This document shows positions 44,735-55,696 of a DNA stretch of 64,000 bases, piece by piece. Under the pieces are notes generated by a model. It was not told the origin of the DNA. It ran no database searches and saw nothing but the letters and a program-made list of their open reading frames with translations. This DNA is from a phage: the NCBI GenBank assembly GCA_012439925.1, contig GCA_012439925.1_4519.1, one strand, 5' to 3'. A program made the position numbers and the translations under genes. The first letter of the stretch is position 1. Each line of letters starts with the position of its first letter.

Positions 44735-46060
44735 ATGCAATTGAATTCTCGTAATCTAAAAAGTATTATTGATAACGAAGCCTTAGCATATGCGATGTAC
44801 ACCGTTGAAAACCGTGCAATCCCAAACATGATTGATGGATTTAAGCCGGTTCAACGTTTTGTGGTTCATCGTGCATTAGATTTGGCTCGTGGTAATAAAG
44901 AAAAATTTCATAAACTTGCGTCAATTGCAGGCGGTGTTGCAGATTTAGGTTATCACCATGGTGAATCTTCTGCACAAGATGCAGGTGCATTGATGGCTAA
45001 CACATGGAACAACAACTATCCACTGTTAGATGGCCAAGGCAACTTTGGTTCTAGAACAGTCCAAAAAGCTGCAGCATCTCGTTATATTTTTGCTCGTGTA
45101 AGTAAAAATTTCTATAACGTATATAAAGATACTGAATATGCTCCAGCTCATGAAGATAAAGAACACGTTCCACCAAAATTCTATCTTCCTATTATTCCGA
45201 CAGTTCTTTTGAATGGTGTATCTGGTATTGCAACCGGTTACGCAACAAATATTCTGCCTCATAGTTTTAAATCGGTAAAAAAGGCTGTATTACAAGCTCT
45301 TCAAGGTAAAAATGTCACTAAGCCAAAAGTTGAATTCCCGGAATTCCATGGTGAAGTACATGAAGTTGATGGGCGTTATGAGATTCACGGAACATATAAG
45401 TTCACATCTCGCACTCAAATGCAGATAACTGAAATCCCATATAAATTCGACCGTGAAACGTATGTGAGTAAGGTTCTTGACCCGTTGGAAGACAAAGGTC
45501 TAATCTCATGGGAAGATGATTGTGGTGAACACGGCTTTGGGTTTAAGGTGAAGTTCCGTAAAGAGTACTCGCTTCCTGATGATGAAGAGCTACGTCATGA
45601 AAAAATCATGAAAGATTTTAGTCTCATCGAACGTCGTTCACAAAACATCACAGTGATTAATGAAAAGGGTAAATTAGCAGTCTACGATAACGTAGTGGAC
45701 TTAATCAAAGATTTTGTTGAAGTCCGTAAGACTTACGTTCAGAAACGTATTGACAACAAAATCCTTGAATCTGAAAAAGCATTTAAACTGGCTTTTGCTA
45801 AGGCACACTTCATCAAAAAAGTTATCAACGGTGAAATCGTGATTCAGGGCAAGACTCGTAAAGCTTTGACTGAAGAGCTAGCACAAATCGAAATGTACAA
45901 AGAACATGTCGATAAACTGGTGGGTCTTAACATCTTCCATATCACTTCCGACGAAGCACGTAAACTAGCAGAAGAAGCTAAAGCTAAGAAAGAAGAAAAT
46001 GAGTATTGGAAGTCTACTGATGTTGTGACAGAGTACACTAAAGACTTGGGGGCACTTTGA
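44735..46060 (+). CDS. 52: Topoisomerase II medium subunit gp52 (GyrA-like)
   Basis: MQLNSRNLKSIIDNEALAYAMYTVENRAIPNMIDGFKPVQR matches remembered T4 gp52; 441 aa. Confidence 0.9.
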   Translation: MQLNSRNLKSIIDNEALAYAMYTVENRAIPNMIDGFKPVQRFVVHRALDLARGNKEKFHKLASIAGGVADLGYHHGESSAQDAGALMANTWNNNYPLLDGQGNFGSRTVQKAAASRYIFARVSKNFYNVYKDTEYAPAHEDKEHVPPKFYLPIIPTVLLNGVSGIATGYATNILPHSFKSVKKAVLQALQGKNVTKPKVEFPEFHGEVHEVDGRYEIHGTYKFTSRTQMQITEIPYKFDRETYVSKVLDPLEDKGLISWEDDCGEHGFGFKVKFRKEYSLPDDEELRHEKIMKDFSLIERRSQNITVINEKGKLAVYDNVVDLIKDFVEVRKTYVQKRIDNKILESEKAFKLAFAKAHFIKKVINGEIVIQGKTRKALTEELAQIEMYKEHVDKLVGLNIFHITSDEARKLAEEAKAKKEENEYWKSTDVVTEYTKDLGAL

Positions 46061-46136
46061 GTGCCCTAGCCTTAGGATTTCTCGGTGCAATAGCTGCACT
46101 AGTGATTTGGCTGTATTGGTTGGACAAACATGATTA

Positions 46137-46157
46137 GGGAGCTTCGGCTCCCTTTTG
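46137..46157 (+). terminator. Terminator GGGAGC-TTCG-GCTCCC + T4
   Basis: Perfect hairpin followed by TTTT. Confidence 0.65.
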
Positions 46158-46179
46158 TGCATTTTTTTCTCACAAAACA

Positions 46180-46220
46180 GTTTACATGTGCTTCAAACAT
46201 GATATTATAGACCTATCAAA
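46180..46220 (+). promoter_or_regulatory. Early promoter cassette
   Basis: GTTTACA ... TATTATAGACCTATCAA. Confidence 0.5.
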
Positions 46221-46247
46221 ACAAAACAGCCAAATTGGAGAAATAAA

Positions 46248-46880
46248 ATGTCTAAAGTTACTTACATCATCAAAGCTTCTGAAAACGCTCTGAATGAAAA
46301 AACTGCTGCAATAATGGTTTATATCATTAAGAACAACTTCACCACTGCTGCCAATGTCCGTGAAGCTCTGGAAGCAGAATACAGTGCATCAGTTGTTAAC
46401 TCTAACATTGGTGTATTGATTAAGAAAGGTTTAGTCGAAAAATCCGGTGATGGACTTGTAGCAACAGGCGAAGCAATGGATATTATCCAAAAAGCTGCAG
46501 ACCTCTTTGCCCAAGAAAATGCTCCAGAACTTCTTCAGAAACGTAACACCAGAAAAGCACGTGGAGTTACTCCTGAAATGCATGAATTAGCAAACTTTGT
46601 TTTTGAAAATATTAAAGATAAAGTTGAAGTTAAAGAAATTGGTGAAAACCGTAGTAACTTAGAAGTTCGATTCGCTAAACGAGTTCTAGGCATTCGCCAA
46701 ATTGAAATTCGACGAGATGGCGCTCTTAGAATCTTTGCATACAACATGTCAGAAACTGAATCAAAGCTGTTTACTTCTCTTGAAAATGATGTTAAGATTA
46801 AGATCGGTGGTAAATATACTTACATTGACTTCCCTAATGTGTCTAAAGAAATCATTACCCTTGTAACTAACGTACTGTGA
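46248..46880 (+). CDS. motA: Middle-transcription activator MotA
   Basis: MSKVTYIIKAS ... NSNIGVLIKKGLVEKSGDGL matches remembered T4 MotA; 210 aa. Confidence 0.85.
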   Translation: MSKVTYIIKASENALNEKTAAIMVYIIKNNFTTAANVREALEAEYSASVVNSNIGVLIKKGLVEKSGDGLVATGEAMDIIQKAADLFAQENAPELLQKRNTRKARGVTPEMHELANFVFENIKDKVEVKEIGENRSNLEVRFAKRVLGIRQIEIRRDGALRIFAYNMSETESKLFTSLENDVKIKIGGKYTYIDFPNVSKEIITLVTNVL

Positions 46881-46890
46881 GGAATACATA

Positions 46891-47220
46891 ATGAATAAGC
46901 TGAATATTATTAACGAACTTCGTAAATGTGCAGAACCTACTCAGGAAGGATGGGATATTTGGTACCACGGGGCTTATTTAGGGACAATTGTAAAGATTAA
47001 AGCAGGCCAATATACGGTTATTCGTGAAAATAATGACGCGCCATTTGGCCTTCGTAAAAACTACATGGCAGCGATCAGTTCATTTGTTGATGCAGCTTAC
47101 GAAATCTATAAAGAAGATTATAAAGAATATCAGCAGTCACAACCGGTTATTCGTTCGATTGGTGTAAATAAACAAGCACAAAAATCTATTTGGCAACGTA
47201 TTAAGGAATGGTTTAAATGA
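46891..47220 (+). CDS. Hypothetical protein
   Basis: ATG with GAGGA SD. Confidence 0.5.
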   Translation: MNKLNIINELRKCAEPTQEGWDIWYHGAYLGTIVKIKAGQYTVIRENNDAPFGLRKNYMAAISSFVDAAYEIYKEDYKEYQQSQPVIRSIGVNKQAQKSIWQRIKEWFK

Positions 47221-47678
47221 AAACTTTTAAAGAACGTTTAGCTCTGTTAGATAAAGCTTTGTCGCGTGAGACTCCGGAAAGTCTGGCTGCTAAATTAGCT
47301 TCTTACGGTGGTGAATATACAGAACAAAATGTTTTAGACGAAGTTCCTGAAATCTGTTGGCAGACTCTGTATTGGGATGAAAACCAAAAGTATCAACGAC
47401 GAATTGTCTGCGCAGCCAACCGTTTTAAATTAAAAGATGGACGAACTCTTATTATTCCAGGTGCTCGTCATTATTCTAAAGATATGGCAGAAGTTTTAGA
47501 TGTAGTTAAACCTCAATTAGTTACTCAACAAGTTTGTGATGATGACCAAGGGTTTATTGACCAATATAGTAATTATTGGACACGTGAAGAAGCAATGATT
47601 ATTGCAACTTACGCTGGACAAGTACGTATTGAACGTGGTGGTAATGAAAAAGAACTTTACTCTGAGGACCTTTACTAA
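47217..47678 (+). CDS. Hypothetical protein
   Basis: ATGA overlap. Confidence 0.5.
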   Translation: MKTFKERLALLDKALSRETPESLAAKLASYGGEYTEQNVLDEVPEICWQTLYWDENQKYQRRIVCAANRFKLKDGRTLIIPGARHYSKDMAEVLDVVKPQLVTQQVCDDDQGFIDQYSNYWTREEAMIIATYAGQVRIERGGNEKELYSEDLY

Positions 47679-47959
47679 TGAATCTTAAACAACTCCAGAT
47701 TGATGCTATTGAAGCCCACATTAATCATATCAAACGCCTGAATGTTATGATGGAAGAAAATTATGGTATGTATGCTAATCAGCCTGGTTGGGATGCTTTA
47801 GATCATCCTTATTTGGTTAATTTATGTAAAGGTGATACGTTAGCAATTATTCGTGATGGGTTAAAACCTTTCTTGCGCGACATGTATATTAAAATGAACG
47901 AAGAAATTATTAGCTCGTTGCAATATCAATTAAGGAAATTAGATGATGAGAATAATTGA
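47678..47959 (+). CDS. Hypothetical protein
   Basis: TAATG overlap. Confidence 0.45.
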   Translation: MNLKQLQIDAIEAHINHIKRLNVMMEENYGMYANQPGWDALDHPYLVNLCKGDTLAIIRDGLKPFLRDMYIKMNEEIISSLQYQLRKLDDENN

Positions 47960-48170
47960 TTCTAAAGCAGATTATTTTAATTCTGTTAATGATAAGAATA
48001 AAGCTTTAATTCGCCACTTTATTACTGAGATGGGTTATACTGACTCTAAAGATTTGAAAGAACACATCATCGAATGTTCTGTGGCTAAAAAGTTTTCTTT
48101 TACCGATAAATGTTTAAATGAGGTTATAAATCATTATGAACAATCTTGTAGCAAAACACGATTTCAATAA
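47943..48170 (+). CDS. Hypothetical protein
   Basis: Overlapping ATG ORF. Confidence 0.4.
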   Translation: MMRIIDSKADYFNSVNDKNKALIRHFITEMGYTDSKDLKEHIIECSVAKKFSFTDKCLNEVINHYEQSCSKTRFQ

Positions 48171-48244
48171 GGCTTCTGTCCATAAGGACAAGAAGAAAGT
48201 AGAACTCCAATCTAAACGTAAACAAAAACACAAGGGTAAAGACT

Positions 48245-48532
48245 ATGTTTACTAAAATCAAAGAGAATCCTGCTACTGAACTGGTTATTCGCTGCGAAGA
48301 ACTTGTAGAGCTCTATCACGTCAACAAGAACGTATATCGTAGTGTTGTTGCAGATATGGCAGATGAAGTTTGTTCTCGAATTCCATTTAGTGTTGATTTT
48401 GATCGTACAGCACCGGGAGAAATCACTATCGTCTTTGGTTCTGACTATACTGAAGAACGGGCTCTTAATGCCCTAGAATATGAAATGTCATTCTTTGACA
48501 TACAGGACTACATTGATAGTTATAAGGAATGA
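48245..48532 (+). CDS. Hypothetical acidic protein (Arn-like candidate)
   Basis: Strongly acidic 95-aa product close to asiA, where T4 carries arn; sequence identity not verified. Confidence 0.45.
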   Translation: MFTKIKENPATELVIRCEELVELYHVNKNVYRSVVADMADEVCSRIPFSVDFDRTAPGEITIVFGSDYTEERALNALEYEMSFFDIQDYIDSYKE

Positions 48533-48533
48533 T

Positions 48534-48695
48534 ATGAGCCATAATCTGCAGAACGTAGTAGAGGCAGAACGTGAGCGTGAGGCTTTAGTCTATAATGAAC
48601 TATTAGCCACGTTCTTGGCCTTACACTCGTATGAACAGGAAGACTACACTGATTACGTTAAAAGTGTAGAAAAAGCTGTTTACAATCAACACTGA
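48534..48695 (+). CDS. Hypothetical small protein
   Basis: ATG after AAGGA; alternative to the overlapping 48480 ORF. Confidence 0.3.
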   Translation: MSHNLQNVVEAEREREALVYNELLATFLALHSYEQEDYTDYVKSVEKAVYNQH

Positions 48696-48720
48696 TAATG
48701 GTACTATACTCATATCAACA
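48678..48720 (+). promoter_or_regulatory. Early promoter upstream of asiA
   Basis: GTTTACA, 17 nt, TGgTACTAT, then ACTCATATCAACA. Confidence 0.5.
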
Positions 48721-48741
48721 AAATGGAATGAATAAAACGTT

Positions 48742-49014
48742 ATGAATAAAGATATTGAAATTGTACGTGAAATTATTACGGTTGCTTCTATTTTGATTAA
48801 ATTCTCTAGGGAAGATATTGTTGAAGACCGAGCAAATTTCATCGGATTCTTGAATGAGATTGGAATTAAAAAAGATGGTCGGCAGCTAAATCAGAATTCG
48901 TTCAGAAAACTAATTACAAATTTAACTGCCGAAGAAAAGAAAACACTGATTAGTGAATTCAATGAAGGTTTTGAAAATATTTATCGCCATTTGACGATGT
49001 ATTCTAACAACTAA
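48742..49014 (+). CDS. asiA: Anti-sigma-70 factor AsiA
   Basis: REIITVASILIKFSREDIVE ... matches remembered T4 AsiA; 90 aa. Confidence 0.85.
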   Translation: MNKDIEIVREIITVASILIKFSREDIVEDRANFIGFLNEIGIKKDGRQLNQNSFRKLITNLTAEEKKTLISEFNEGFENIYRHLTMYSNN

Positions 49015-49674
49015 TTATTTAGCCCGCCCTAATATCCTTGCTGCTTGGTTGCATATTGCAGCCAAGCGTTCTTCATTTAATACATCCGACCCCTTATACC
49101 AATACATAGAAACAGTTCCCGCATATATGTTATCCAAATTGAAGTAAGGACAACTATACATATACGCCAGTTCAGGAGTTTTTGATTTGGTAGGTAAGAA
49201 AGCAAAATCTGTTTTAGAAGTAAAGTGAAGTCCACTTAAATGGACCGAATATTCTGCTGTCGTTTTATCGACAGGAAATCCTCCCATAGATTTTTCAGTT
49301 ACTGTGCTAGGTAACTTACCTTCATACGCAATAAGGTCGACGAAATAATTTAGATTTTTAGGTCTGAAAGAATACACCGAACTAAAATCCGCCCTTGATG
49401 TGACGTGGACTATTTGTAGTTGTTCTAAAGCCGCAGATTCAAATCGTGTATTTCTTTCTTTTTGAATTACTTCTGTGTAAGTATCATATTTCGACCTCAC
49501 GTAATAATCCATAAAAATATTCCCTTTGTACCATATTAGTGCCATTAGGAACAAAAGAACTACAACAGCAACTCTTGAAATAAGAATATTTCCAGAGGCG
49601 TTATCTTTGAAAATGCGGTCTAGCAACCCAAATAAAATATCACTAGGCGAAAATGATACTTTTGGTGCTGCCAT
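49015..49674 (-). CDS. t: Holin T
   Basis: MAAPKVSFSPSDILFG ... CPYFNLDNIYAGT ... AARILGRAK matches remembered T4 holin; start placed at the MAAP methionine. Confidence 0.9.
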   Translation of the reverse strand: MAAPKVSFSPSDILFGLLDRIFKDNASGNILISRVAVVVLLFLMALIWYKGNIFMDYYVRSKYDTYTEVIQKERNTRFESAALEQLQIVHVTSRADFSSVYSFRPKNLNYFVDLIAYEGKLPSTVTEKSMGGFPVDKTTAEYSVHLSGLHFTSKTDFAFLPTKSKTPELAYMYSCPYFNLDNIYAGTVSMYWYKGSDVLNEERLAAICNQAARILGRAK

Positions 49675-49693
49675 ATTACCTCCCATTTATCAA

Positions 49694-49701
49694 TATTTAT
49701 A
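49694..49701 (-). promoter_or_regulatory. Late promoter TATAAATA (gene t)
   Basis: Exact late consensus on the - strand about 20 nt upstream of the t start. Confidence 0.6.
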
Positions 49702-49719
49702 ATTGAGAGGTATTATCGT

Positions 49720-50493
49720 TTAAATCCAGGAGCCGTAGATTGTGCCTGTAGCACCCCATGACGGTGAACTTCCGAATACTGCTCTGCCAGGAGCACCACC
49801 GCCAGATCTAGATAAGTGATTACCCCATCCATCTCCGCCCCGACCCCCAGCATCGCCACCATTACCACCGCCGAATTGGGAAGTGTAACCGGCACCACCA
49901 GGCGCGTCATAACTAGCATTACCACCCGGCCAATTAACGCCACCTCCGCCGATGCCAAATGGTCTACCACCACCGCCACCTGCTGTAGCATTTGGCGCCC
50001 AGCTATTCTGTAATGACACTGCACCACCTCCGCCACCGCCTGATGCAATAACACCATAGTTCCAAATACGAAGTCTTCCGCCGATATCATTTTGGATTAC
50101 ATCGCCACCATTAGTGCCTGGGTTTCCGTTTACAGTACCGTTACCACCTCGTCCCCACATATGAACTCCACCATGAATATTCAAAGTAACATATTCATTT
50201 GGCGTATCGCCATACATAAAGAATAATGGAACATCTTTACTATATGATACCAAATTTCCGGTGATATTAAACACTATAGGTGCACTACCCGCCTCAAAAC
50301 ATCTATCTCGGAACCATTGACCGTTGAAGTTATGGTCTGCTCCAAGTGTGTGAATTATTTCAACAGATCGACCTATCATATTACTCATCCAAAACGGAAT
50401 TCCCATTCTCAATCTCTGCGCGGCACCACCCATCCAATTTTGTCCTGTATTAACTACTGCAGACGATCCTACCCACGGTCCTGTTACTGCCAT
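49720..50493 (-). CDS. 38: Tail fiber adhesin gp38 (T2/T6-type, glycine-rich)
   Basis: N-terminus [13 protein letters not shown] plus poly-Gly segments ([14 protein letters not shown] ...) typical of T2-type gp38 adhesins. Confidence 0.8.
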   Translation of the reverse strand: MAVTGPWVGSSAVVNTGQNWMGGAAQRLRMGIPFWMSNMIGRSVEIIHTLGADHNFNGQWFRDRCFEAGSAPIVFNITGNLVSYSKDVPLFFMYGDTPNEYVTLNIHGGVHMWGRGGNGTVNGNPGTNGGDVIQNDIGGRLRIWNYGVIASGGGGGGAVSLQNSWAPNATAGGGGGRPFGIGGGGVNWPGGNASYDAPGGAGYTSQFGGGNGGDAGGRGGDGWGNHLSRSGGGAPGRAVFGSSPSWGATGTIYGSWI

Positions 50494-50505
50494 ATAAACC
50501 TCCAA

Positions 50506-50519
50506 GGGGCCGAAGCCCC
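50506..50519 (-). other. Hairpin between genes 37 and 38
   Basis: GGGGC-TTCG-GCCCC on the - strand immediately upstream of the gp38 SD. Confidence 0.5.
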
Positions 50520-50524
50520 TCTTA

Positions 50525-53500
50525 TTATTTTAACAATGATTTAACTAATGCTTTAAGTTCTTCAATTTCTGATTTAAGTTCCGCAATTTCTGCAGTATGC
50601 TCATTGATTGCAGCTGTATTTAAACCAATTACACCGTTATAGTTCAAACGAAGTAAAGCTTCACCATCCGGGTCGCCTTCAACTAATTCTGGTAAAATAG
50701 CTTGAACTTCTTGAGCAATTAAACCGGCGTTAGGTTCCCATTTCTGATTGCCTTCTTCGTCCGTTCCACGTTTCTGCATATAAGTGTAACCGTTAATTTT
50801 AGAAAGCTTCTGAGAAGCATTTTCAAATTTAACGAGGTCTTTTTTAACACGAATATCAGAGCGGACATAAACATCACGGACAAACGTTGAATAGCTGTCA
50901 TTCGCCTGAACGAGATGCCCATGAGAAACGATAGCTCTTCCAACTTCTGTCCAAAAAGCACCGGTTGAATCCCAAAGCCCAGGATGAGATTGATAGCCTG
51001 CTCCCCAGTTTGCAATATGTATACCATTGGCAACCATATTGATTCGGCCGTCACCACCATGAACTAATCCAGTATCATTATCGCCAATAACAAGACATGG
51101 TCCAGTCCACACCGGGTCACCACCGCCAGCCGATAATCTTGCTCCAGTTTGTACCATGTTAGGAGCATACATAACTCCATTGTGGTGGAATTCATAGATA
51201 GCTTGTGGATCGCTAGCATTTTCCTGGTTACCAACACGAATAATAGCCTGAGCCCATTGGTTAGTGGTACGGCGCATACCAAAATCAACACCAGATACGT
51301 ATCCTTCATTCGTAATAACAGATTTTCCTTTGATAATTGGATAATAACTATCATTACCGACATAGCCAAAATCCACAAATACGGGGGCTTCTAAGCCCCA
51401 TTGGTCGCCCCAAGCGCCAGATTTATGTGCAACCCATTGACTAGCATTTATATAAAGGCGGTCTCTATTAAAATTAAATGTTCCTTGTCCTTGAGGAGAA
51501 AGCGATATTTCACCGGTATTTGTTATGTATACACCGCCTTGTGTAATGTAACTGTAAAAACCTAGACCATTGTCGGCACCGCCTTTACCAATATACCAAT
51601 TATTGGCCCCGGCCGTATCAGAACGAATAAATGATGAATCACTGGTCAAAGGAGGATTAAGAACTATTCCAGCGGCATCTTTATTAATCCAAAGAGTGCC
51701 GGTCATCGTGTCGCCTTCTTTCGAAACACGAGTCGCAATAGCATCGCGAATATTTGTAGTATCACCGGCAGAAGTAAACGTTTTCCAGATATCAGACCAG
51801 ATATTACCATTGCGAGCAATAGTAGCTTCACCGCCGCCAACAGCAACGTTATCTGGGAAGTTAACAGTACCGTCTTGATTAAAACGAGACGTATGGCCTT
51901 GTGAACCATCTTCTTTCAGATGATGAATAACGAATGTACCCGAATTAATTTCAGTACCTAAAGACCAAACGGCTTTACCATTTAAAAACTTCTGTTTAAC
52001 AATAGGATAATATTTGCTTACAGCATCATCATCAATTTCCTGGAAAATAGGAGCCGCTTGGGCATATTGAATATCATATCCACCTGCGCCAGCGCCATGA
52101 CCAACAAATTTAATATAGCCGTTCGCTGCGAACGTATTGTAACTTGATTGTAAATCTGGAATAGTAACTTTACCGGTATCTAAAGCCATACTAAACGGGC
52201 GAAGTGGACCGATATCACCATTTTTGCCTTCACCGTAAGCAGTTGGAATAATATGAAGACTACCTTCTGAACGTCTAAAAATGGCTCCATAATCTGCATT
52301 CCAAATGCGAAGTGCATTCACTGCTCCAGATGAAATTTCACCTGTTGTGTGAACTCCTCTATCTCCAGCAGTAACACCAGATGATTCAAATGAACCATTA
52401 ACGTTCATTTCTACTTCGCCAGTAGTAAGTCTTTGAATATAGCTCATCCAGCTAGTTGCATCAGAAATTTCCATAATGTTTTTACGGATACCTCCGCTTG
52501 GATCAACAAACGTATTACCCCAAACTTTAATATCCATATTATCAACCGAGCTGTATCCTGTTGTGTTGCCTCTAAACATTAGTGTAGAAGAATTATTTCT
52601 ACCATCTATATTTACAGAACCGCCAATAACGTCAATATTACCAGGAGTAACTAACAAACCGCCGTGAGTATTAATGTTTGTAGTACCCTTGCCGCGGAAA
52701 TAATGATGATAGTTACCGCCTTGATAATATCCCAAAAGAGTCTGACCATCTCCAAACGCGTTATTATCGTGATATGTCACAACAGTAGCAAGAGCATAGT
52801 TTTCAGTTGGAGGAGTAGTTAAATCGGTTCCATTAGTAGAATATCCAGCTACAAATTTTCTTAGGCTAGTTGTTTCGCTAGGATTAAATAAAAACGTTTT
52901 TGTTCCATTATTAACGCTGAAATAATATCCGTCTTGATGCCATTTAAATCCAGTATCATTATCTCCTAAAGCAATGCTAGATGGTCCTAATATTGAATAA
53001 TCTTTATTACCTGGTGTTAAACCGATAGAAATTGAGTGACTTGATTTAATTCCGCCGCTCCAGGTAAATGACCAAAGATAAGCATCTAATCCATCTCCAC
53101 TATACCAAGTTATTCCATCATTATCTTTAACTTCATGGAAAATACCAGAACCAACGGCATTACGCATGACACGAAGATGATTAATAGCAGTAGTGCTTTC
53201 AGACAATGGAACATTGTCTGCCATCGAATAGATGTCATAATCACCCGTAGATTTATTATTAGTAATGACTTTGTTGGTTAGAATTTGTGGAGACGAAATA
53301 GATTTCCATGCTGATACTTCAGGTGAAGTAAATAGTCCACTGCCTGAAAATGCATAAGTGCTTTCGCTACCAGCGGCATAGTCTTGAACCCTGATATTAA
53401 GTACTTGTGTAGTTAAACCATCATTAGCCGGGGCATAAATGATTCCGCGTTCGCGACTATTGTTATCGAAAAAACGAACATGTGCTGTGCCTGAACTTTT

Positions 53501-53839
53501 TGTAATAAGTTCACCGCCTTCAGTCATAATCTGCCCGGCGGCAAAAATATCGCGAGTTACTCGAGCAATACCAGTTAAATTAAAATTACCCGTCTGTGTG
53601 AAGACGCCATTTAAAGTATAATCACCAGTTTGGTTGTAATTGCCAGTATGAATAACATTCCCGTCAATACTACCACCTTTAGCAAAACCTAGATCAATAA
53701 TATTTCCTTGGTCATCTTTAGTAAAAAGTACACGGTCTTTTAAGTTTATAGCCAATTCACCTTCGGCTAATACTGAAGCGGCAGGACGTGCTCCTGCAGT
53801 TTTGCTTCTTTTAAATTGTATTTGTTTTAAAGTAGCCAT
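50525..53839 (-). CDS. 37: Long tail fiber distal subunit gp37
   Basis: [36 protein letters not shown] matches the T4 gp37 N-terminus; 1104 aa. Confidence 0.9.
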   Translation of the reverse strand: MATLKQIQFKRSKTAGARPAASVLAEGELAINLKDRVLFTKDDQGNIIDLGFAKGGSIDGNVIHTGNYNQTGDYTLNGVFTQTGNFNLTGIARVTRDIFAAGQIMTEGGELITKSSGTAHVRFFDNNSRERGIIYAPANDGLTTQVLNIRVQDYAAGSESTYAFSGSGLFTSPEVSAWKSISSPQILTNKVITNNKSTGDYDIYSMADNVPLSESTTAINHLRVMRNAVGSGIFHEVKDNDGITWYSGDGLDAYLWSFTWSGGIKSSHSISIGLTPGNKDYSILGPSSIALGDNDTGFKWHQDGYYFSVNNGTKTFLFNPSETTSLRKFVAGYSTNGTDLTTPPTENYALATVVTYHDNNAFGDGQTLLGYYQGGNYHHYFRGKGTTNINTHGGLLVTPGNIDVIGGSVNIDGRNNSSTLMFRGNTTGYSSVDNMDIKVWGNTFVDPSGGIRKNIMEISDATSWMSYIQRLTTGEVEMNVNGSFESSGVTAGDRGVHTTGEISSGAVNALRIWNADYGAIFRRSEGSLHIIPTAYGEGKNGDIGPLRPFSMALDTGKVTIPDLQSSYNTFAANGYIKFVGHGAGAGGYDIQYAQAAPIFQEIDDDAVSKYYPIVKQKFLNGKAVWSLGTEINSGTFVIHHLKEDGSQGHTSRFNQDGTVNFPDNVAVGGGEATIARNGNIWSDIWKTFTSAGDTTNIRDAIATRVSKEGDTMTGTLWINKDAAGIVLNPPLTSDSSFIRSDTAGANNWYIGKGGADNGLGFYSYITQGGVYITNTGEISLSPQGQGTFNFNRDRLYINASQWVAHKSGAWGDQWGLEAPVFVDFGYVGNDSYYPIIKGKSVITNEGYVSGVDFGMRRTTNQWAQAIIRVGNQENASDPQAIYEFHHNGVMYAPNMVQTGARLSAGGGDPVWTGPCLVIGDNDTGLVHGGDGRINMVANGIHIANWGAGYQSHPGLWDSTGAFWTEVGRAIVSHGHLVQANDSYSTFVRDVYVRSDIRVKKDLVKFENASQKLSKINGYTYMQKRGTDEEGNQKWEPNAGLIAQEVQAILPELVEGDPDGEALLRLNYNGVIGLNTAAINEHTAEIAELKSEIEELKALVKSLLK

Positions 53840-53847
53840 AAGTCCTC

Positions 53848-54504
53848 TTAATAATAGCCGAAATCTTGAACAGAATCCTTAATAACAATTTGGTCAAATC
53901 GTGGAACATGCGATGGTTGAGATGCAGGATTCTGTGAGAAAAAGTTTGGGGCGGTTAGCGCGCCGGTCATCGTATCTCCTGAACGGAGTACACGACTGTT
54001 TGCATTAGCATTAACTGTATTTATTTGACTATCAACATAATCTTTGCGAGTAAGGTCGTAATTATTTAAAGGTGCTAACGTTGTGGCTCTGAATTGAGAT
54101 GCTTCAATAACGCCTTTAGAACTTATATTACCGGTGCGAGTATCAATTACAGCAGTTCTTTCACCTGTACCTTGAGATGATTTAAACCCAATACCATACC
54201 ACGAAACAATATCCATGTTTGTTTGGTCGAATGTCGCGGCGTCACCACCACCAGAAAAAATACCATTCGTTTGGTCATCTGCTGTTTTGACTGCAACACC
54301 TTCGTTAAAGATTACCTTTTTGAGATATGTCCCACCGTTTGCTTTAGATACGAAATCGTTATCAGCCGCTTTTGGCTTGTTATATTCGGTGTATAATTTA
54401 AATGTTTTATATAGGATGTCATCGCCAGCTGGCATTAAAGGAAAATTGCCTTGATGCCATATGACGGAACCACCAACTGTACTTCCGGCTTTTAAATCGG
54501 CCAT
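53848..54504 (-). CDS. 36: Long tail fiber subunit gp36
   Basis: MADLKAGSTVGGSVIWHQGNFPL matches T4 gp36. Confidence 0.85.
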   Translation of the reverse strand: MADLKAGSTVGGSVIWHQGNFPLMPAGDDILYKTFKLYTEYNKPKAADNDFVSKANGGTYLKKVIFNEGVAVKTADDQTNGIFSGGGDAATFDQTNMDIVSWYGIGFKSSQGTGERTAVIDTRTGNISSKGVIEASQFRATTLAPLNNYDLTRKDYVDSQINTVNANANSRVLRSGDTMTGALTAPNFFSQNPASQPSHVPRFDQIVIKDSVQDFGYY

Positions 54505-54530
54505 TTCGTGTCTCCTTATTAATATTAAAG

Positions 54531-54538
54531 TATTTATA
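54531..54538 (-). promoter_or_regulatory. Late promoter TATAAATA (gene 36)
   Basis: Exact consensus on the - strand upstream of gene 36. Confidence 0.6.
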
Positions 54539-54546
54539 CGCGAAAA

Positions 54547-54562
54547 GGAGACCGAAGTCTCC
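54547..54562 (-). terminator. Terminator GGAGAC-TTCG-GTCTCC after gene 35
   Basis: Same hairpin as at 20504, on the - strand, followed by TTTT. Confidence 0.55.
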
Positions 54563-54563
54563 T

Positions 54564-55688
54564 TTATTCTGTGTACTCTTTAAATTCCTGCCCAAATACC
54601 TTACCTGTGTCGTTAGATAACTGAGTAGGCAAGTCCATTATATCATTACCGATTAATGATTCATCGATGTAATTAGCACGAATACCGTTTAGGCCAAACT
54701 CGGCGGGTTTTGCTATACTTCCGTTACATGATACTTCAGTGAAAATAACATTTCTTAGTCCACCTTGACCGACTGGGGCCGTACGGTAACAATATACTGT
54801 AAAGCCATCGGCTTCAGCTGGTATTTCAACATATTCTTCATATAGCTTCCACACCCCGGCAGTTCCGTCAAAGTTTATATCTTTAGATGATATAGGAGAG
54901 CTAGATGGAGACTTAAAGAAACGAATTGAAAGTCTTGTGGTTCCTTCCTCTAGTAATGCTTCATCAGCCATTAATTGAAATTTCAAATAAAGAAAATCTG
55001 TAGGCTTTAATCCATAGTTTGCGATAGGAGTAACAAGGGATGATGTAGGCACCCTTTTTATTTCATTGTTAGTTCCTCCAACAGGAGATAAAAACGTTTC
55101 TAGAGCTTCATATGTACGTCTAGGATAGCCGGTAGCACCTATATCAGCAATAGAGTCATATACAATATCTAATGGAGTTGAGTAATCAGAAATTGTTTTC
55201 TTATTACTGTATTTTATGTGTTCTAATGCAATAGTATTTTTACCTGAAACATAAAACGCTGAATATGAAATATCAACAAGACTAGCAACTTCAATTGACG
55301 GTATAACTGAACTCCCAGCAGCTTTAAACCATTCAATTATTTCTGGCGGCAAATTAAATTTGTTATTAGAAATAAATGCGAAAATGAAATTATCTGCGTA
55401 TGTATTAACAAACGAAATAAATGCAGCTGAAGTTGCATTATTTGTAGGCGCAAAATTGTATAATTTACTATCAACTATAGTTCCATTTTCCGGATTTATT
55501 ACCCTAACATTTAGTCCAATACCAAAAGACTGCAACCCTAAAGGCTCATTTTGGAACAAAATATACGGATTAGTTGTTGAAAGCGGGCATGAACCCGCTA
55601 TACTTAGCTTAAATCTAACTGAATTGCTTTCCGATAAAAACGGCGTTTGGACGTATCCTTGTCCAAACCTTGCCATAAATTTTTCCAT
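54564..55688 (-). CDS. 35: Long tail fiber hinge gp35
   Basis: N-terminal match to remembered T4 gp35; 374 aa. Confidence 0.85.
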   Translation of the reverse strand: MEKFMARFGQGYVQTPFLSESNSVRFKLSIAGSCPLSTTNPYILFQNEPLGLQSFGIGLNVRVINPENGTIVDSKLYNFAPTNNATSAAFISFVNTYADNFIFAFISNNKFNLPPEIIEWFKAAGSSVIPSIEVASLVDISYSAFYVSGKNTIALEHIKYSNKKTISDYSTPLDIVYDSIADIGATGYPRRTYEALETFLSPVGGTNNEIKRVPTSSLVTPIANYGLKPTDFLYLKFQLMADEALLEEGTTRLSIRFFKSPSSSPISSKDINFDGTAGVWKLYEEYVEIPAEADGFTVYCYRTAPVGQGGLRNVIFTEVSCNGSIAKPAEFGLNGIRANYIDESLIGNDIMDLPTQLSNDTGKVFGQEFKEYTE

Positions 55689-55696
55689 ATAACCTC

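Noticed and set aside
49816-50505. Overlapping + strand ORFs (49816..50013, 50317..50544) and an alternative - strand ORF (49713..50090) in the glycine-rich gp38 region
   Set aside because: Artefacts of GC-rich, repetitive Gly codons; the - strand gp38 frame with its T2-like N-terminus and Gly blocks is the real gene.
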